A stretch of 64,000 nt of DNA from Solirubrobacteraceae bacterium (GCA_036490975.1 DASXCS010000001.1:63225-127224); one strand, 5' to 3'; positions 46,750 through 57,212 are shown, counted from the stretch's first letter. Notes: a model not told the origin generated them from the letters alone. Made by a program: numbers and translations.

Positions 46750-47238
46750 GTGGTTCCCGAACCTCAGGAGGAAGTGCTGTTTCACGGGCATCCGTCCTGG
46801 CGCTCGATGCTCGACCTGCACCTGAAGGGGATCCTCGGCGCCGTGGCCGTCGGGGTGATCGTTGGACTCATCTCGGCCGCCATCAAGGGAAGTGTCCAGG
46901 TGGCCTGGGTGGTCGCCGCGGTGCTGGTGGTGCTGGCCCTCACGGCGCTGCTCGCCTTCATTCGGCGCATGGCCACGACGTACACGATCACCTCCCATCG
47001 GCTGACGATCCGCCTCGGATTGCTGTCCCGCCAGGTCCACGACACCCGGCTGGACCGGGTCCAGAACGTGGGCACGAGCCAGTCGCTCCTGGACCGGATG
47101 CTGGGGATCGGGACCGTCGACTTCGACACGGCGGGCGGTGCCGGCTTTGATTTCGCCTTCCGCGGGATCGCCGACCCGGAGTACATCGTCCACACGGTCA
47201 ACCAGGCACTGCAGCAGGAGGGACGCGAGCCGATTTAG
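46750..47238 (+). CDS. membrane protein with bacterial PH (YdbS/YdbT-like) domain; start uncertain
   Basis: ...EEVLFHGHPSW..., two TM helices, then YTITSHRLTIRLGLLSRQVHDTRLDRVQNV...LGIGTVDF. GTG 46750 or GTG 46774 (AGGAGG 3 nt upstream) could be the start. The ORF-track start at 46669 overlaps priA. Confidence 0.75.
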   Translation: MVPEPQEEVLFHGHPSWRSMLDLHLKGILGAVAVGVIVGLISAAIKGSVQVAWVVAAVLVVLALTALLAFIRRMATTYTITSHRLTIRLGLLSRQVHDTRLDRVQNVGTSQSLLDRMLGIGTVDFDTAGGAGFDFAFRGIADPEYIVHTVNQALQQEGREPI

Positions 47239-47289
47239 AGGCTCGGACGGCGCGGTGAATGGCGCCACCGGCCGCCCGTCGAGACGGCG

Positions 47290-48528
47290 TTAGGCCTCGA
47301 CTGCTGCCGCTCCGAGGCCCGCGGCCTCGCGGAGCTGGGCCGCCTTGTCCGTCCGCTCCCAGGTAAAGTCGTGGTCGTCGACCCGGCCGAAATGCCCGTA
47401 GGCGGCCGTCTTTTGGTAGATCGGCCGGTGGAGCTTGAGGTCCTGACGGAAGGCCCCCGGCCGGAGGTCGAAGTTCTCCCGGATCAGGTCGAGAATCTGC
47501 GCGCGGCCGATCTTCTCGGTCCCGAAGCACTCCACCATCACGGAGATCGGGTGGGCCACACCGATCGCGTACGCGACCTGAACCTCTGCCCTGTCGGCCA
47601 GGCCGGCGGCCACCACATTCTTGGCCACGTACCGGGCGGCGTATGCGGCCGAGCGATCGACCTTGGAGGGGTCCTTGCCGGAAAAGGCCCCGCCGCCGTG
47701 ACGGGCCATCCCTCCGTACGTATCCACGATGATCTTGCGGCCGGTCAGCCCGCAGTCACCCATCGGACCCCCGATCACGAACCGGCCCGTGGGGTTGACC
47801 AGAAAGCTCTTGTAGAGCGACCTGCCCTCATACATATCGCCGCAGGACTCCGACAGGACCGGCTTGACCACGTGCTCCCACAGGTCATCCTTGATCAGGG
47901 ACTCGGCCCCATCCCGATGCTGGGTGGAGATGAGCAGACGGACGACCTCCACGGGCCGCCCGTCCACGTACCGCACGGTCACCTGGGTCTTTCCGTCCGG
48001 CCGGAGGTACGGGACCATCTCGGCCCGCCGAACGTCGGCCAGGCGACGGGCCAGCTTGTGGGCCAATGAGATCGGCAGCGGCATCAGCTCATCGGTCTCA
48101 TTGGTCGCGTACCCGAACATCATCCCCTGATCACCCGCGCCGGCCAGGTCGAACTGGTCGTCGTCGGCCGGGTCTGTCCGAGCCTCCCAGGCCTGATCAA
48201 CGCCCTGGGCGATGTCGGGCGACTGCTTGTCAATCGCGTTGATGACCGCGCACGTGTTGTAGTCAAATCCGAACTCGGCGTTGGTGTAGCCGATCCGCTT
48301 GATCGTGGACCGGGCCACGTCCTGGATGTCCACGTAGGTGTCGGTGGTGATCTCCCCGGACACGACCACGAGCCCGGTGTTGACGAGCGTTTCGCAGGCC
48401 ACCCGGCCGAACGGGTCGTCGCGGAGCACCGCGTCCAGGACGCCGTCGGAGATCTGGTCGGCGATCTTGTCGGGGTGACCCTCGGTCACCGACTCGGACG
48501 TGAACAGGAATTCGTTGTCTGAGGCCAT
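47290..48528 (-). CDS. metK: S-adenosylmethionine synthase
   Basis: From ATG 48528: [28 protein letters not shown]...GAGDQG...[16 protein letters not shown]. Confidence 0.97.
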   Translation of the reverse strand: MASDNEFLFTSESVTEGHPDKIADQISDGVLDAVLRDDPFGRVACETLVNTGLVVVSGEITTDTYVDIQDVARSTIKRIGYTNAEFGFDYNTCAVINAIDKQSPDIAQGVDQAWEARTDPADDDQFDLAGAGDQGMMFGYATNETDELMPLPISLAHKLARRLADVRRAEMVPYLRPDGKTQVTVRYVDGRPVEVVRLLISTQHRDGAESLIKDDLWEHVVKPVLSESCGDMYEGRSLYKSFLVNPTGRFVIGGPMGDCGLTGRKIIVDTYGGMARHGGGAFSGKDPSKVDRSAAYAARYVAKNVVAAGLADRAEVQVAYAIGVAHPISVMVECFGTEKIGRAQILDLIRENFDLRPGAFRQDLKLHRPIYQKTAAYGHFGRVDDHDFTWERTDKAAQLREAAGLGAAAVEA

Positions 48529-48541
48529 CGGCCCGGGCAGG

Positions 48542-49924
48542 TTAGCGGGCGCTGGCCGGGGCACGCGTTGATGGACTGTCAGCGCCCCGACGCTCGCTGC
48601 GAGCCACGAAGTCGATGATCAGAGGCACGCCGTCAAGACCGTAGCGCTCTCGGAGCCGGTTCTCGACGTAGTAGCCATAGTCCCGGGTGATCAGGCCCCG
48701 GGAGTTGACCTGAATTGAGAACCTAGGAGGCCCGACGCTGGTCTGGGCCATGAACAGGAGCTTCAGCCGCCGCTGCTGTCGGTTACTTCCGCGAGCGGCC
48801 GGGGGCTGGCGAGCGGCCACGACATCGGCCAGGAAGCGATTGAGCTGCGGTGTCGGGACACGGGCCCGCCGACGGTCAGCCAGCGCAACCGCCTCAACCA
48901 GCAGCCGCTCCATGTGGCGCCCCGTCTTGGCGCTCGCGGTGAGGACGCGGGGTCGCAGGCGGAGCTTCCGGTGGGCCCGGGCCCGCTCGGAATCCAGAAG
49001 GTCAGCTCCGCTGGTTTCGGTGTGCTCGCCGACCAGGTCCCACTTGTTGAGAACGAGCGCGGTGGCGCAACCGCTGCGCATGGCCAACTCGGCCACCCGC
49101 AGGTCCTGAGCGGTGACGCCGTCGGTGGCGTCGCACACAACCAGGGCGACATCGGCCCCCTCGGCCGCGCGTCGGGAGCGCAGGGCGGTGTAGTACTCGA
49201 TCGACTCGTCGATCTTGGACTGACGGCGCAGTCCCGCGGTGTCAACCAGGATCAGGTCACGGTCGCCGAAGCGCAGTGGGAGGTCGATCGCGTCCCGGGT
49301 CGTTCCGGCCGCAGGCGAGACGATCACCCGCTCCTGGCCCAGAAACCGGTTGACCAGCGATGACTTGCCGACGTTGGGGCGGCCGATGATGGCCAGCCGG
49401 ACCAGGTTCTCCAGGTCCTCAGCCGGGCCGTCGGTCTGCGGCCCGAGCTCGACGATCCGGTCCAGTAGGTCGCCGGTTCCCAGCCCCTGGGCGGCTGAGA
49501 CCGGGATCGGCTCTCCCAGCCCCAGCGCGTGGAACTCTGCCGCCAGCGCAACGTCCTTGACCGTGTCGACCTTGTTGGCCGCCACGACCACCGGAAGCGA
49601 CTGCCCGCGGAGCATCTGAGCCATCTCCTGGTCGCCGGGGCGCAGACCGGCCTGGGCGTCGACCACCAGCACGCCCATGTCGGCCTCGGCGAGCGCGGCC
49701 TGAGCCTGGCCACGAATCAGCGCGGCCAACTCCTGACGATCGGACAGGTCGACCCCGCCCGTGTCGATCAGAGTCAGCTCGCGGCCGTTCCAGTCGGTGC
49801 TGATCTCCTTGCGATCGCGAGTCACCCCGGGTTGCTCGTGCACCACCGCCTCCCGGGAGCCCGAGAGCCGATTGACCAGCGATGACTTACCCACGTTGGG
49901 GTATCCGACGACGGCGACCTTCAT
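48542..49924 (-). CDS. der: ribosome-associated GTPase Der (EngA)
   Basis: Two G domains ([10 protein letters not shown]...DTGG; [10 protein letters not shown]...DTAG...NKWD) and a KH-like C-terminus. Confidence 0.95.
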   Translation of the reverse strand: MKVAVVGYPNVGKSSLVNRLSGSREAVVHEQPGVTRDRKEISTDWNGRELTLIDTGGVDLSDRQELAALIRGQAQAALAEADMGVLVVDAQAGLRPGDQEMAQMLRGQSLPVVVAANKVDTVKDVALAAEFHALGLGEPIPVSAAQGLGTGDLLDRIVELGPQTDGPAEDLENLVRLAIIGRPNVGKSSLVNRFLGQERVIVSPAAGTTRDAIDLPLRFGDRDLILVDTAGLRRQSKIDESIEYYTALRSRRAAEGADVALVVCDATDGVTAQDLRVAELAMRSGCATALVLNKWDLVGEHTETSGADLLDSERARAHRKLRLRPRVLTASAKTGRHMERLLVEAVALADRRRARVPTPQLNRFLADVVAARQPPAARGSNRQQRRLKLLFMAQTSVGPPRFSIQVNSRGLITRDYGYYVENRLRERYGLDGVPLIIDFVARSERRGADSPSTRAPASAR

Positions 49925-49955
49925 CGTGAGTTGAGGCTACTGGGACGTGGTCCGC

Positions 49956-49997
49956 AAAAAAACGACGGCCCCGCCCACCGGGGGCGGGGCCGTCTTT
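49956..49997 (-). terminator. strong rho-independent terminator downstream of cmk (weakly bidirectional)
   Basis: 13-bp perfect GC-rich stem gacggccccgccc (49964-49976) / gggcggggccgtc (49982-49994) with loop accgg. On the minus strand it is followed by seven U (49962-49956). On the plus strand only TTT follows. Confidence 0.85.
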
Positions 49998-50098
49998 AGC
50001 ACCTAAGGAGAGGCTTTGCTGGTCCTACGCCGGAGGCACCGGCTGGGGCAGATCAACAAAGCAACGCGGCGGCCGGGTGAAACTTTTGGCCGGCCGGC

Positions 50099-50713
50099 TC
50101 AGCTGGCCCGCTGGGCGAGCTCCACGACCCGGGCCACCACGTCCTCGAAGCTCAGCGCCGTCGTGTCCAGCATGACCGCATCGGCCGCCGGCGACAGCGG
50201 AGAGTGCGCGCGGCCGGTGTCACGGGCGTCCCGGATCGTCTGCTCGGCCAGGACACCGGCTGGTTCGACCCCCAGCTCGGCCGCGCGCCGGCGGGCCCGC
50301 TCCTCGGGGTCGGCGGTCAGGAACACCTTCACCTGGGCGTCCGGCGCGACCACGGTTCCGATGTCGCGGCCCTCGACGACCCAGTCGCCACTGGCCAGCA
50401 GCCGGCGCTGCTCGGCCACCATCGCCCGGCGGACGAGCGGCTCGGCCGCGGCTCGGGAGGCCGCCTCCGAGACCTCTGGCCGACGGATGGCCTGGGTCAC
50501 GTCCTCACCGTCCACCCGGACGCCGGCGGCCAGCTCCAGGCGGAGCGAGTCAGCAATCTCGGCCGGCTCGCATCCTCGCTGCAGAGCGGTCAGCGCGACG
50601 GCCCGATACATCGCCCCCGAGTCCAGGTAGGTGAACCCCAGGCGGTCGGCGACGGCCCGTGCGACGCTCGACTTCCCGGCTCCGGCTGGACCGTCGATCG
50701 CCACAACGGTCAT
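50099..50713 (-). CDS. cmk: cytidylate kinase
   Basis: MTVVAIDGPAGAGKSSVARAVADRLGFTYLDSGAMYR. Confidence 0.95.
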   Translation of the reverse strand: MTVVAIDGPAGAGKSSVARAVADRLGFTYLDSGAMYRAVALTALQRGCEPAEIADSLRLELAAGVRVDGEDVTQAIRRPEVSEAASRAAAEPLVRRAMVAEQRRLLASGDWVVEGRDIGTVVAPDAQVKVFLTADPEERARRRAAELGVEPAGVLAEQTIRDARDTGRAHSPLSPAADAVMLDTTALSFEDVVARVVELAQRAS

Positions 50714-52014
50714 TGGCTGAGGTGCTTCAGATCAGCGGCGAACCCGGGGTATGACACCTCAGCCGCCTCCATGCCCTCGACGGTCACCCCTTCCTCGGAG
50801 GCCAGGCCGGCCACGGCGCCGAGGAGCGCCAGGCGATGGTCTCCATGGGCCCGCAGGCGCCCGCCCCGCAACGTGCCCGTCCCGCGGACGACAAAGCCGT
50901 CGCGGGTGGCGTCGATTTCGGCCCCCAGACCGCGCAGGCCCTCGACCACTGTGGCGATGCGGTCGGACTCCTTGAGCCGGAGCTCCGCCGCTCCACGGAT
51001 CACGGTCTCGCCCTCGGCAAAGCACCCCACCAATGCCACCAGCGGCAACTCGTCGATCGTCAGGGGGACTTCGTGCGGCTCCACGGTCGTGGCCTCAAGT
51101 GGCGCGTGCGATACGTCCAGGTCACACACCGGCTCATGGGGATCCAGCTCACCCACCGGTTCCAGCTCGCCCAGCACAATCGCTCCCATGCGCTCCAGGA
51201 TCCGCAGGAAGCCCGTTCGTGTCCAGTTGACCCCCACGTGCTGGAGGACCAGACGCGAGCGCTTTACCAGCACCCCGGCGGCGATCAGGAAGGCGGCGGA
51301 CGACGCGTCGCCGGGAATCTCCAACAGATCGAGTTCCAACTCGTCGGTGTTCTCCACCGTCACGCGGTAACCCCCGGCGGGGTCACCCTGGCGGCTGAGC
51401 GGAACCCCGCCACGGAGCAGGAGCCGCTCGGTGTGATCGCGGGTGGGCAGGGGCTCGAGCACCGTCGTCTGCTCCGTGAGCAGGCCGGCCAGCAGAACAC
51501 ACGACTTCACCTGAGCGCTGGCCACCGGAAGCTCGTACTCGATCCCCGACAGGAGCGCGCCCTGGATCGTGAACGGTGGGAACCGGCCCGCCGTGGCATC
51601 GATCTGGGCCCCCATCAGCTCCAGCGGCTGGGCGATCCGGTCCACCGGGCGGCGCCGGATCGAAGCGTCGCCGTCGAGCTTGAAGATCTGATCCTGCTGG
51701 AAGCTCAGCCAGCCCGGCAGCAACCGCATCAGCGTGCCCGCGTTCGCGACGTCGATCGCGTCGGGCGGAGGCTGGGCGTTGCGCAGACCAACGCCCCTGA
51801 CCAACAGGCCCTCCGGCTGGCCCTGGACGATCGCTCCCAGGGACTGGACGGCCCGGAGTGTGGCCCGCGTGTCGGCCGCATCGAGATAGTTCCGGACCCG
51901 AACGGGCTCGATCGCCATCGCGGCCAGGATCGCCGCCCGGTGGGAGATCGACTTGTCCGGCGGAACCCGCAGCCGCCCACGCAGCCCATCCGAAGGGGAG
52001 AAGTGCTCGTTCAT
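50710..52014 (-). CDS. aroA: 3-phosphoshikimate 1-carboxyvinyltransferase (EPSP synthase)
   Basis: ...LRGRLRVPPDKSISHRAAILAAMA...NAGTLMRLL... ATGA junctions on both sides. Confidence 0.95.
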   Translation of the reverse strand: MNEHFSPSDGLRGRLRVPPDKSISHRAAILAAMAIEPVRVRNYLDAADTRATLRAVQSLGAIVQGQPEGLLVRGVGLRNAQPPPDAIDVANAGTLMRLLPGWLSFQQDQIFKLDGDASIRRRPVDRIAQPLELMGAQIDATAGRFPPFTIQGALLSGIEYELPVASAQVKSCVLLAGLLTEQTTVLEPLPTRDHTERLLLRGGVPLSRQGDPAGGYRVTVENTDELELDLLEIPGDASSAAFLIAAGVLVKRSRLVLQHVGVNWTRTGFLRILERMGAIVLGELEPVGELDPHEPVCDLDVSHAPLEATTVEPHEVPLTIDELPLVALVGCFAEGETVIRGAAELRLKESDRIATVVEGLRGLGAEIDATRDGFVVRGTGTLRGGRLRAHGDHRLALLGAVAGLASEEGVTVEGMEAAEVSYPGFAADLKHLSQ

Positions 52015-53087
52015 GCCAGGACCACCGGGTAGCCCAGGCCCCGGATCAGCTCGGCGGCCCGTTCGGCCTCACGTTCCCCGGAGAGCCACAGAGCGATCAC
52101 CCCGTCACTCATGTCGGGCGCCGGGTGGACGGCCAGGTCGACGATGTTGAGACCGGCGCGCCCGAGTTCCAGGGCGAGCTGAGCCACGACCCCCGGGCGG
52201 TTGGGTACCGAGGCTCGCAGCTCGAATGGTGCCGATGCGCCGAGCTGGGTCTCGATCAGCCGGACCCGCTCACGGGCCGCTCGGTCGTTCCAGCTCGTGA
52301 TCCAGCCGGCGTCGCCGGCCCGCAGCGCCTCCCGCACGTGCTGCAGCCGCGCCACCGCGTCGTCGATGTGAGCCACCAGCGCATCGGCGTTGGATAGGTA
52401 GATGTCGGTCCAGATCACGCTCGAGGCACCGGCCACCCGGGTGGCGTCGCGGAAGCTCGGCCCGGTGGCCGGGAGCCGCTCCCCGTCCGGCCCCGAGGAC
52501 AGCGCGTCGGCAGCCTGGCCGACCAGCGTGTTGGCCAGCACGTGGGGCAGGTGGGACACCGCGGCCAGGATCGCGTCGTGGGTCTCGGGGTCGATCGCAG
52601 CAGGGCGCGCACCGATCCCGCGAAGGAGGCGGTGGAGGCGCTCGTACAGCAGCCCGGAGGTGTTGGCCACCGGCGTCAGGTACCAGGTCGCGCCCTCAAA
52701 CAGGTCGGCCCGGGCGTGCTCCACCCCGGACGTCTCTGCTCCCGCCAGCGGGTGGCCGCCCACGAACCGCGGGTCGTCAGTGAGGCCGACGATGCTCCGC
52801 TTGGTTGAGCCCACGTCGGTGACCACGCAGTCCGGCCCGGCCGACTCGAGCACGGCGGCCGCGGTCGCGGGCAGCTCGCCCACGGGCGTGGCCACAAACA
52901 CCGCTTCGGCCTCCCGGACGGCGCCGGCCAGATCCCCGGCCGCCTCATCGAGCGCCCCTCGCGAGGCGGCCCGGCGCAGAGCCTCCTGATCGGGGTCGAA
53001 GCCGGCCACGGTGGCTCCCAGCCGCTCTCGGGCGGCCAGGGCAATCGATCCCCCGATCAGCCCAACGCCTACGACGGCGATGCGCAT
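52011..53087 (-). CDS. tyrA: prephenate dehydrogenase with C-terminal ACT domain
   Basis: MRIAVVGVGLIGGSIALA...GGHPLAG..., and a C-terminal ...VPNRPGVVAQLALELGRAGLNIVDL (ACT). Confidence 0.9.
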   Translation of the reverse strand: MRIAVVGVGLIGGSIALAARERLGATVAGFDPDQEALRRAASRGALDEAAGDLAGAVREAEAVFVATPVGELPATAAAVLESAGPDCVVTDVGSTKRSIVGLTDDPRFVGGHPLAGAETSGVEHARADLFEGATWYLTPVANTSGLLYERLHRLLRGIGARPAAIDPETHDAILAAVSHLPHVLANTLVGQAADALSSGPDGERLPATGPSFRDATRVAGASSVIWTDIYLSNADALVAHIDDAVARLQHVREALRAGDAGWITSWNDRAARERVRLIETQLGASAPFELRASVPNRPGVVAQLALELGRAGLNIVDLAVHPAPDMSDGVIALWLSGEREAERAAELIRGLGYPVVLA

Positions 53088-54151
53088 CGCCGGTTTCTGA
53101 CTGCGCCGGCCAGCTGCTCCAGGACCTCGACGGTCCGCTCCCAGTCCAGGCAGGCGTCGGTGATCGACTGGCCGTAGGTGAGCTGGCCGTCACCGAGTTC
53201 CTGGCGCCCGAAGACCAGGAACGACTCCAGCATCGCGCCCACGACAGCGCGATTCCCCTGGCCGATCTGTTCGGCCACCTGGGCCGCCACCGCGGGCTGG
53301 CGGGCTGCATCCTTGCCGCTGTTGGCGTGGCTGAGGTCGATCATCACGCGGGCGGGCAGGCCCGACGCGCGCAGCAGTTCGACGGTTCGCTGTACCGACG
53401 CCGAGTCGTAGTTCGGGCCGTCGCTGCCGCCTCGGAGGATCACGTGACAATCGCGGTTGCCGTGCGTATAGACGATCGCCGGCGTCCCGCTCATCTCGAT
53501 CCCGGTGAAGGCATGCGGGACCGCGGCCGCCCGGACCGCATCCACGGCCACCTGCACGTTGCCGTCGGTGCGGTTCTTGAAGCCCACCGGCATTGACAGA
53601 CCCGAGCCGAGCTGGCGGTGGGTCTGGCTCTCCACCGTGCGAGCCCCGATCGCGCCCCAGGAGACGGCGTCGGAGATGTACTGGGGGATGATCGGGTCCA
53701 GGAACTCGCAGCCCACGGGCAGGCCCAGAGCCAGGATCTCAAGCAGCAACCCGCGGGCCGTGCGCAGACCGAGGTTGACGTCGCCGGACCCGTTCAGAAG
53801 CGGGTCGTTAATCAGGCCCTTCCAGCCCGTGGTCGTCCGGGGCTTTTCGAAGTACACGCGCATCGTCACGAGCACATCAGGCGCCAATCGCTGCGCCTGA
53901 TCGACCAGCCGGCGGGCGTACTCGAGCGTCGCCTGCGGGTCATGGACGCTGCACGGCCCGACCACGATCAGCAGCCGATCGTCACGATGATCCATGATCG
54001 CGTGGGTCCGCCGGCGGCCGTCCAGGACCACCTGAGCCCGCTCGTCTCCCAGCGGCAGTTCGTCCAGGAGCTCCTGGGGAGAGACGAGCGCCTCGAAGCG
54101 CTCGATCCGCTGGTTGCGGACGGCGTCATCGGTGTGCGGTGAGACGCTCAT
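53069..54151 (-). CDS. aroG: 3-deoxy-7-phosphoheptulonate (DAHP) synthase, class I (AroF/G/H-like)
   Basis: ...LLIVVGPCSVHD...RVYFEKPRTTTGWKGLINDP...GARTVESQTHRQL...GFKN... Confidence 0.92.
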   Translation of the reverse strand: MSVSPHTDDAVRNQRIERFEALVSPQELLDELPLGDERAQVVLDGRRRTHAIMDHRDDRLLIVVGPCSVHDPQATLEYARRLVDQAQRLAPDVLVTMRVYFEKPRTTTGWKGLINDPLLNGSGDVNLGLRTARGLLLEILALGLPVGCEFLDPIIPQYISDAVSWGAIGARTVESQTHRQLGSGLSMPVGFKNRTDGNVQVAVDAVRAAAVPHAFTGIEMSGTPAIVYTHGNRDCHVILRGGSDGPNYDSASVQRTVELLRASGLPARVMIDLSHANSGKDAARQPAVAAQVAEQIGQGNRAVVGAMLESFLVFGRQELGDGQLTYGQSITDACLDWERTVEVLEQLAGAVRNRRCASPS

Positions 54152-54164
54152 ACCCGCCCGGCTA

Positions 54165-55250
54165 TCAGCTGACCAGCTCGGCCAGCGCGGCCACGAAGCG
54201 GTCGTTCTCGGCCTCGGTGCCCACGGTTACCCGCAGCCGTCCGGCGCGGCCCAGCGAGCCACCGGCCCGCACGATCACTCCCCGCTCGGCCAGGCCACGC
54301 ACCACCTCGGGCTCGTCGCTCTCCTCGGGCAGGGCCAGCCAGATGAAGTTGGCGTCGGACTCGGCCACCCATAGGCCGGTGGCGCGAACTCCCTCCTCCA
54401 GCGCCAGCCGGGCGGAGATCGTCCTGGTCACCCGGCGCTCGACCTCGTCCTGGTGGGTCAGTGCCTCAACCGCGGCGGCCTGGGCGCCCGCCCCCAGATA
54501 GAAGGGCTGGCGAACCTGGTCGACCGCGGTGCGGAAGTCCTCCGAGCCGCACAGGGCGTAGCCCACGCGCAGGCCGGCCAGCCCGTACACCTTGGAAAAG
54601 GTCCGCAGCAGGACCAGGTTGGGGTGGCGGGCCAGCAGCTCGAGTGACGCCTCCGGGTCTCCCACGGCGAGTGAGAACTCGATGTAGGCCTCGTCCAGGA
54701 TCACGCACACGTACGCCGGAACCCTCTCGAGCAGAGATACGACCGCGTGCAGCGCGACGGCCGTGGAGGTGGGGTTGTTGGGGTTGCAGACCAGGATCAG
54801 ACGGGTGGCCACGTTGACCTCTTTGACCATCGCCTCGAGGTCATGGCGGTCGTCGGGATCGAGTGGGACCTCGATCGCCCGAGCGCCCGAGGCAGCGGCC
54901 AGATGTGGGTAAACCGAGAACGCCGGCCAGCTGTAGACCACCTCGGCCCCGGGCTCGAGCAGGGCCTCCCCGGCGGCCAGAAGGATGTCGCACGAGCCGT
55001 TGCCCAAGGCGATCCGCTGCTCGGGGATGCCGTAGCGCGCGGCCAGGGCTTGGCGGAGCTCGGAGTACGACGGGTCGGGGTAGCGGTTGACGCCGCCGAT
55101 CACCCGCTGAGCGGCCTGCACCACCTCGGGCAGCGGGGCGAAGCACGACTCGTTCGAAGCCAGCATGGCGACGTCGCCCTGGAGCTGATAGCCCGCGGCC
55201 ACGGGGTAGACCGGGATCCTGCGGATGCGCTGGGCGAACTCAATGGCCAC
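54165..55250 (-). CDS. hisC: histidinol-phosphate / aromatic aminotransferase
   Basis: ...LASNESCFAP...NRYPDP...CNPNNPT...RTFSKVYGLAGLRVGY. GTG 55250 lies 4 nt after the aroH stop. The ORF-track start at 55328 overlaps aroH. Confidence 0.88.
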   Translation of the reverse strand: MAIEFAQRIRRIPVYPVAAGYQLQGDVAMLASNESCFAPLPEVVQAAQRVIGGVNRYPDPSYSELRQALAARYGIPEQRIALGNGSCDILLAAGEALLEPGAEVVYSWPAFSVYPHLAAASGARAIEVPLDPDDRHDLEAMVKEVNVATRLILVCNPNNPTSTAVALHAVVSLLERVPAYVCVILDEAYIEFSLAVGDPEASLELLARHPNLVLLRTFSKVYGLAGLRVGYALCGSEDFRTAVDQVRQPFYLGAGAQAAAVEALTHQDEVERRVTRTISARLALEEGVRATGLWVAESDANFIWLALPEESDEPEVVRGLAERGVIVRAGGSLGRAGRLRVTVGTEAENDRFVAALAELVS

Positions 55251-55254
55251 GGAC

Positions 55255-55620
55255 CTATTGTGCCGAGTCCAGGTCCGAACGCAGCGAACGCGCGTCGTGC
55301 AGATAGACATGGGCCGGCTGGTGATCATCGGGGGCGTGGTAATGGACCAGGACCCGAATCACGCTGGGCAGCGATCCAGGCACCGGGATCTCCCGGGCGC
55401 AGAGCAGCGGCACGTGCTCGAGGCCCATTCGCCTGGCGGCCAGCGCCGGGAACTCGGCGTCCAGGTCATCGGTCAGGGTGAAGATGCAGCTGACCAGGTC
55501 CTCGACACTCAGGCTGTTGCGGTCAATCAGCTTCCGCATCAGCTCGTCGGTGGCCGACAGGATGTCGCCGGCCTGATTGGACTGGACGCTGTTGGCGCCC
55601 CGGAGCGCGAAGAGCCGCAA
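55255..55620 (-). CDS. aroH: chorismate mutase, AroH class
   Basis: TTG start, 121 aa. (M)RLFALRGANSVQSNQAGDILSATDELMRKL... parallels B. subtilis AroH MMIRGIRGATTVERDTEEEIL... Confidence 0.85.
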   Translation of the reverse strand: MRLFALRGANSVQSNQAGDILSATDELMRKLIDRNSLSVEDLVSCIFTLTDDLDAEFPALAARRMGLEHVPLLCAREIPVPGSLPSVIRVLVHYHAPDDHQPAHVYLHDARSLRSDLDSAQ

Positions 55621-55625
55621 GAGCC

Positions 55626-57152
55626 TCAGCTCTGAAGGCTGGCCTGGAGGTGCTCGATCGCCTGACCCACCTTGCCGCCCATCGGGTCAAGCCCGTGCTG
55701 GGCCAGCAGTATCTGCGTGCTGGGGATGAAGCACAGGACCAGGTACACCGTCAGCGCCAACGCGGCCTTGCGCAGCCTGCTGCTGGCCCCCAGAGCGGCC
55801 AACGGCGTGAGCCAGATGGCGTACCAGGGCATCAGCCAGGCCAGGCTCAGGATCAGGGCAAACATGGCCCAGCCCGCCCGGGAGATCCAATCACCGCGGC
55901 CTTTGAGCAGCTGGTAGAGCAGGTACAGGACGGTCGCGACCAGCAGCCCTTCGGCCAGGTGGAGGATCCATGAGGCCCCGCCCCCGGCCCCGATGATGTC
56001 GCCGAAGATGTTCGGGAAGCTGAAGTTGGTGACCAGCGTGGTCTGGTACTCGAGGTTGGGGTGGGCCAGACCGAAGAGCACCAGGTCCAGCGCCAGCAGC
56101 GGGATCGCAGCCAGCACAGCCCCGATCAAGATGTCGACTCGCTCACGGGTGACCAGCCGTCGCCGCGTGGTCCCGGCCCCGAGGAGCAGAAACGGGAGCA
56201 GGAGCACCATGCTCATCTTGATCCCCACCGCGATCATCAGAACCGCTCCAGCCCAGCGATAGCGTCCTGAGACAACCAGCACCACCGCCCCGATGGCCGG
56301 GAGGAGCATCAGGAAGTCGTTGTGGAAGCCGCCCAGGGCGAAGACGATGTACACGGGGTTCAGGGCCACGAACACAAGCGTGACGCGGGGGTCACGCCCC
56401 AGCTTCCTGGCGGCCTTGTACACCAGGCCGAGGAGGCCCAGGCTGAACACCGCGGTGACGACCTTGACCACCCAGTAGGCGGCCGACAGGGGCATCCAGG
56501 CCAGCGGATAGGTGAGCGCGGTGAAGATCGGCCCGTATGGGCTGGACAGGTTGCGCCAACTGGAGAACGGGAACACCGGGTCAAAGCGCTGCTGCTCGAA
56601 TGTGTGTATGTACGGGTTGAAGCCGTGCAATCCGCCCAGCCGGGCGTAGCCAAGGTAGTTGAAGACGTCGTTGAGATAGAAGGCCGGACCCAGCAGCAGG
56701 ATCACGTGCAGGGCCACGATGACCCCGACGATCAGCCGCAGCGAGAGCGAGCGCGCCGAGGCCAGCGCCACGGCGTAGGCGATCAGCATGGCGATCGTGA
56801 GCAGGCTGAATCCCGTGCGCAGCACCGTCCCGTTGACATAGAGCCCGGCAAGAAGGGAGTGCATCGGGCCGGATTGCCAGCCCGGGAAGATCTCCAGACT
56901 GTGGAAGACCAGCACCGACGGGGCGGCTGAGGTGAAGGCCACCAGCGCCAGGGCTCCCACGATCATGGCCACCAGGGCCAGCCGCCCGGCCAGCGGCCCC
57001 CGGATGCTGATCCTGGGCAGCGTGAGCCGGCTGACCCAGTCCAGCGGCCGGGGCAGCGCGAGTATGCCGCCGCCGGGTCCTGGCGCGGTACTTGAGGACG
57101 CGAGTCTCACTCGCTCCGGCTGAGCTGGCGAGCCTGTCACCATCTGGCACAA
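55626..57152 (-). CDS. polytopic GT-C type membrane glycosyltransferase (MptB/DUF2029-like); start uncertain
   Basis: At least 10 hydrophobic segments. The loop ...LNDVFNYLGYARLGGLHGFNPYIHTF...SSPYGPIF... resembles polyprenyl-phosphate-mannose dependent mannosyltransferases. Candidate starts are TTG 57152, ATG 57143 and GTG 57140. Confidence 0.68.
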   Translation of the reverse strand: MCQMVTGSPAQPERVRLASSSTAPGPGGGILALPRPLDWVSRLTLPRISIRGPLAGRLALVAMIVGALALVAFTSAAPSVLVFHSLEIFPGWQSGPMHSLLAGLYVNGTVLRTGFSLLTIAMLIAYAVALASARSLSLRLIVGVIVALHVILLLGPAFYLNDVFNYLGYARLGGLHGFNPYIHTFEQQRFDPVFPFSSWRNLSSPYGPIFTALTYPLAWMPLSAAYWVVKVVTAVFSLGLLGLVYKAARKLGRDPRVTLVFVALNPVYIVFALGGFHNDFLMLLPAIGAVVLVVSGRYRWAGAVLMIAVGIKMSMVLLLPFLLLGAGTTRRRLVTRERVDILIGAVLAAIPLLALDLVLFGLAHPNLEYQTTLVTNFSFPNIFGDIIGAGGGASWILHLAEGLLVATVLYLLYQLLKGRGDWISRAGWAMFALILSLAWLMPWYAIWLTPLAALGASSRLRKAALALTVYLVLCFIPSTQILLAQHGLDPMGGKVGQAIEHLQASLQS

Positions 57153-57212
57153 GATAGTGCCCCACCGGACACTCGTTCAGTCTGGCTTAAGCTTGACACC
57201 GATTCGCCCGGT

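Noticed and set aside
44705-46825. Very long plus-strand ORF (706 aa) antisense to priA. Similar cases are 42618..44645 (675 aa, antisense to ASST/def), 27390..28760 (antisense to recG), and 17701..18702 and 15630..16619 (both antisense to smc).
   Set aside because: The translations are Arg/Pro/Gly/Ala-rich low-complexity strings with no motifs. The opposite strand encodes unmistakable conserved proteins. Long stop-free antisense frames are expected at about 70% GC.
48529-48541. Looked for a SAM riboswitch upstream of metK.
   Set aside because: Only 13 nt separate metK from the der stop, so there is no room for a riboswitch.
50016-50630. 204-aa plus-strand ORF starting at TTG, 7 nt after a strong-looking AAGGAGAGG, exactly antisense to cmk.
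   Set aside because: The product is a Ser/Arg/Ala-rich string typical of antisense translation of a high-GC gene, while cmk on the other strand is clear-cut. The SD-like string is probably coincidental within the cmk-der spacer.
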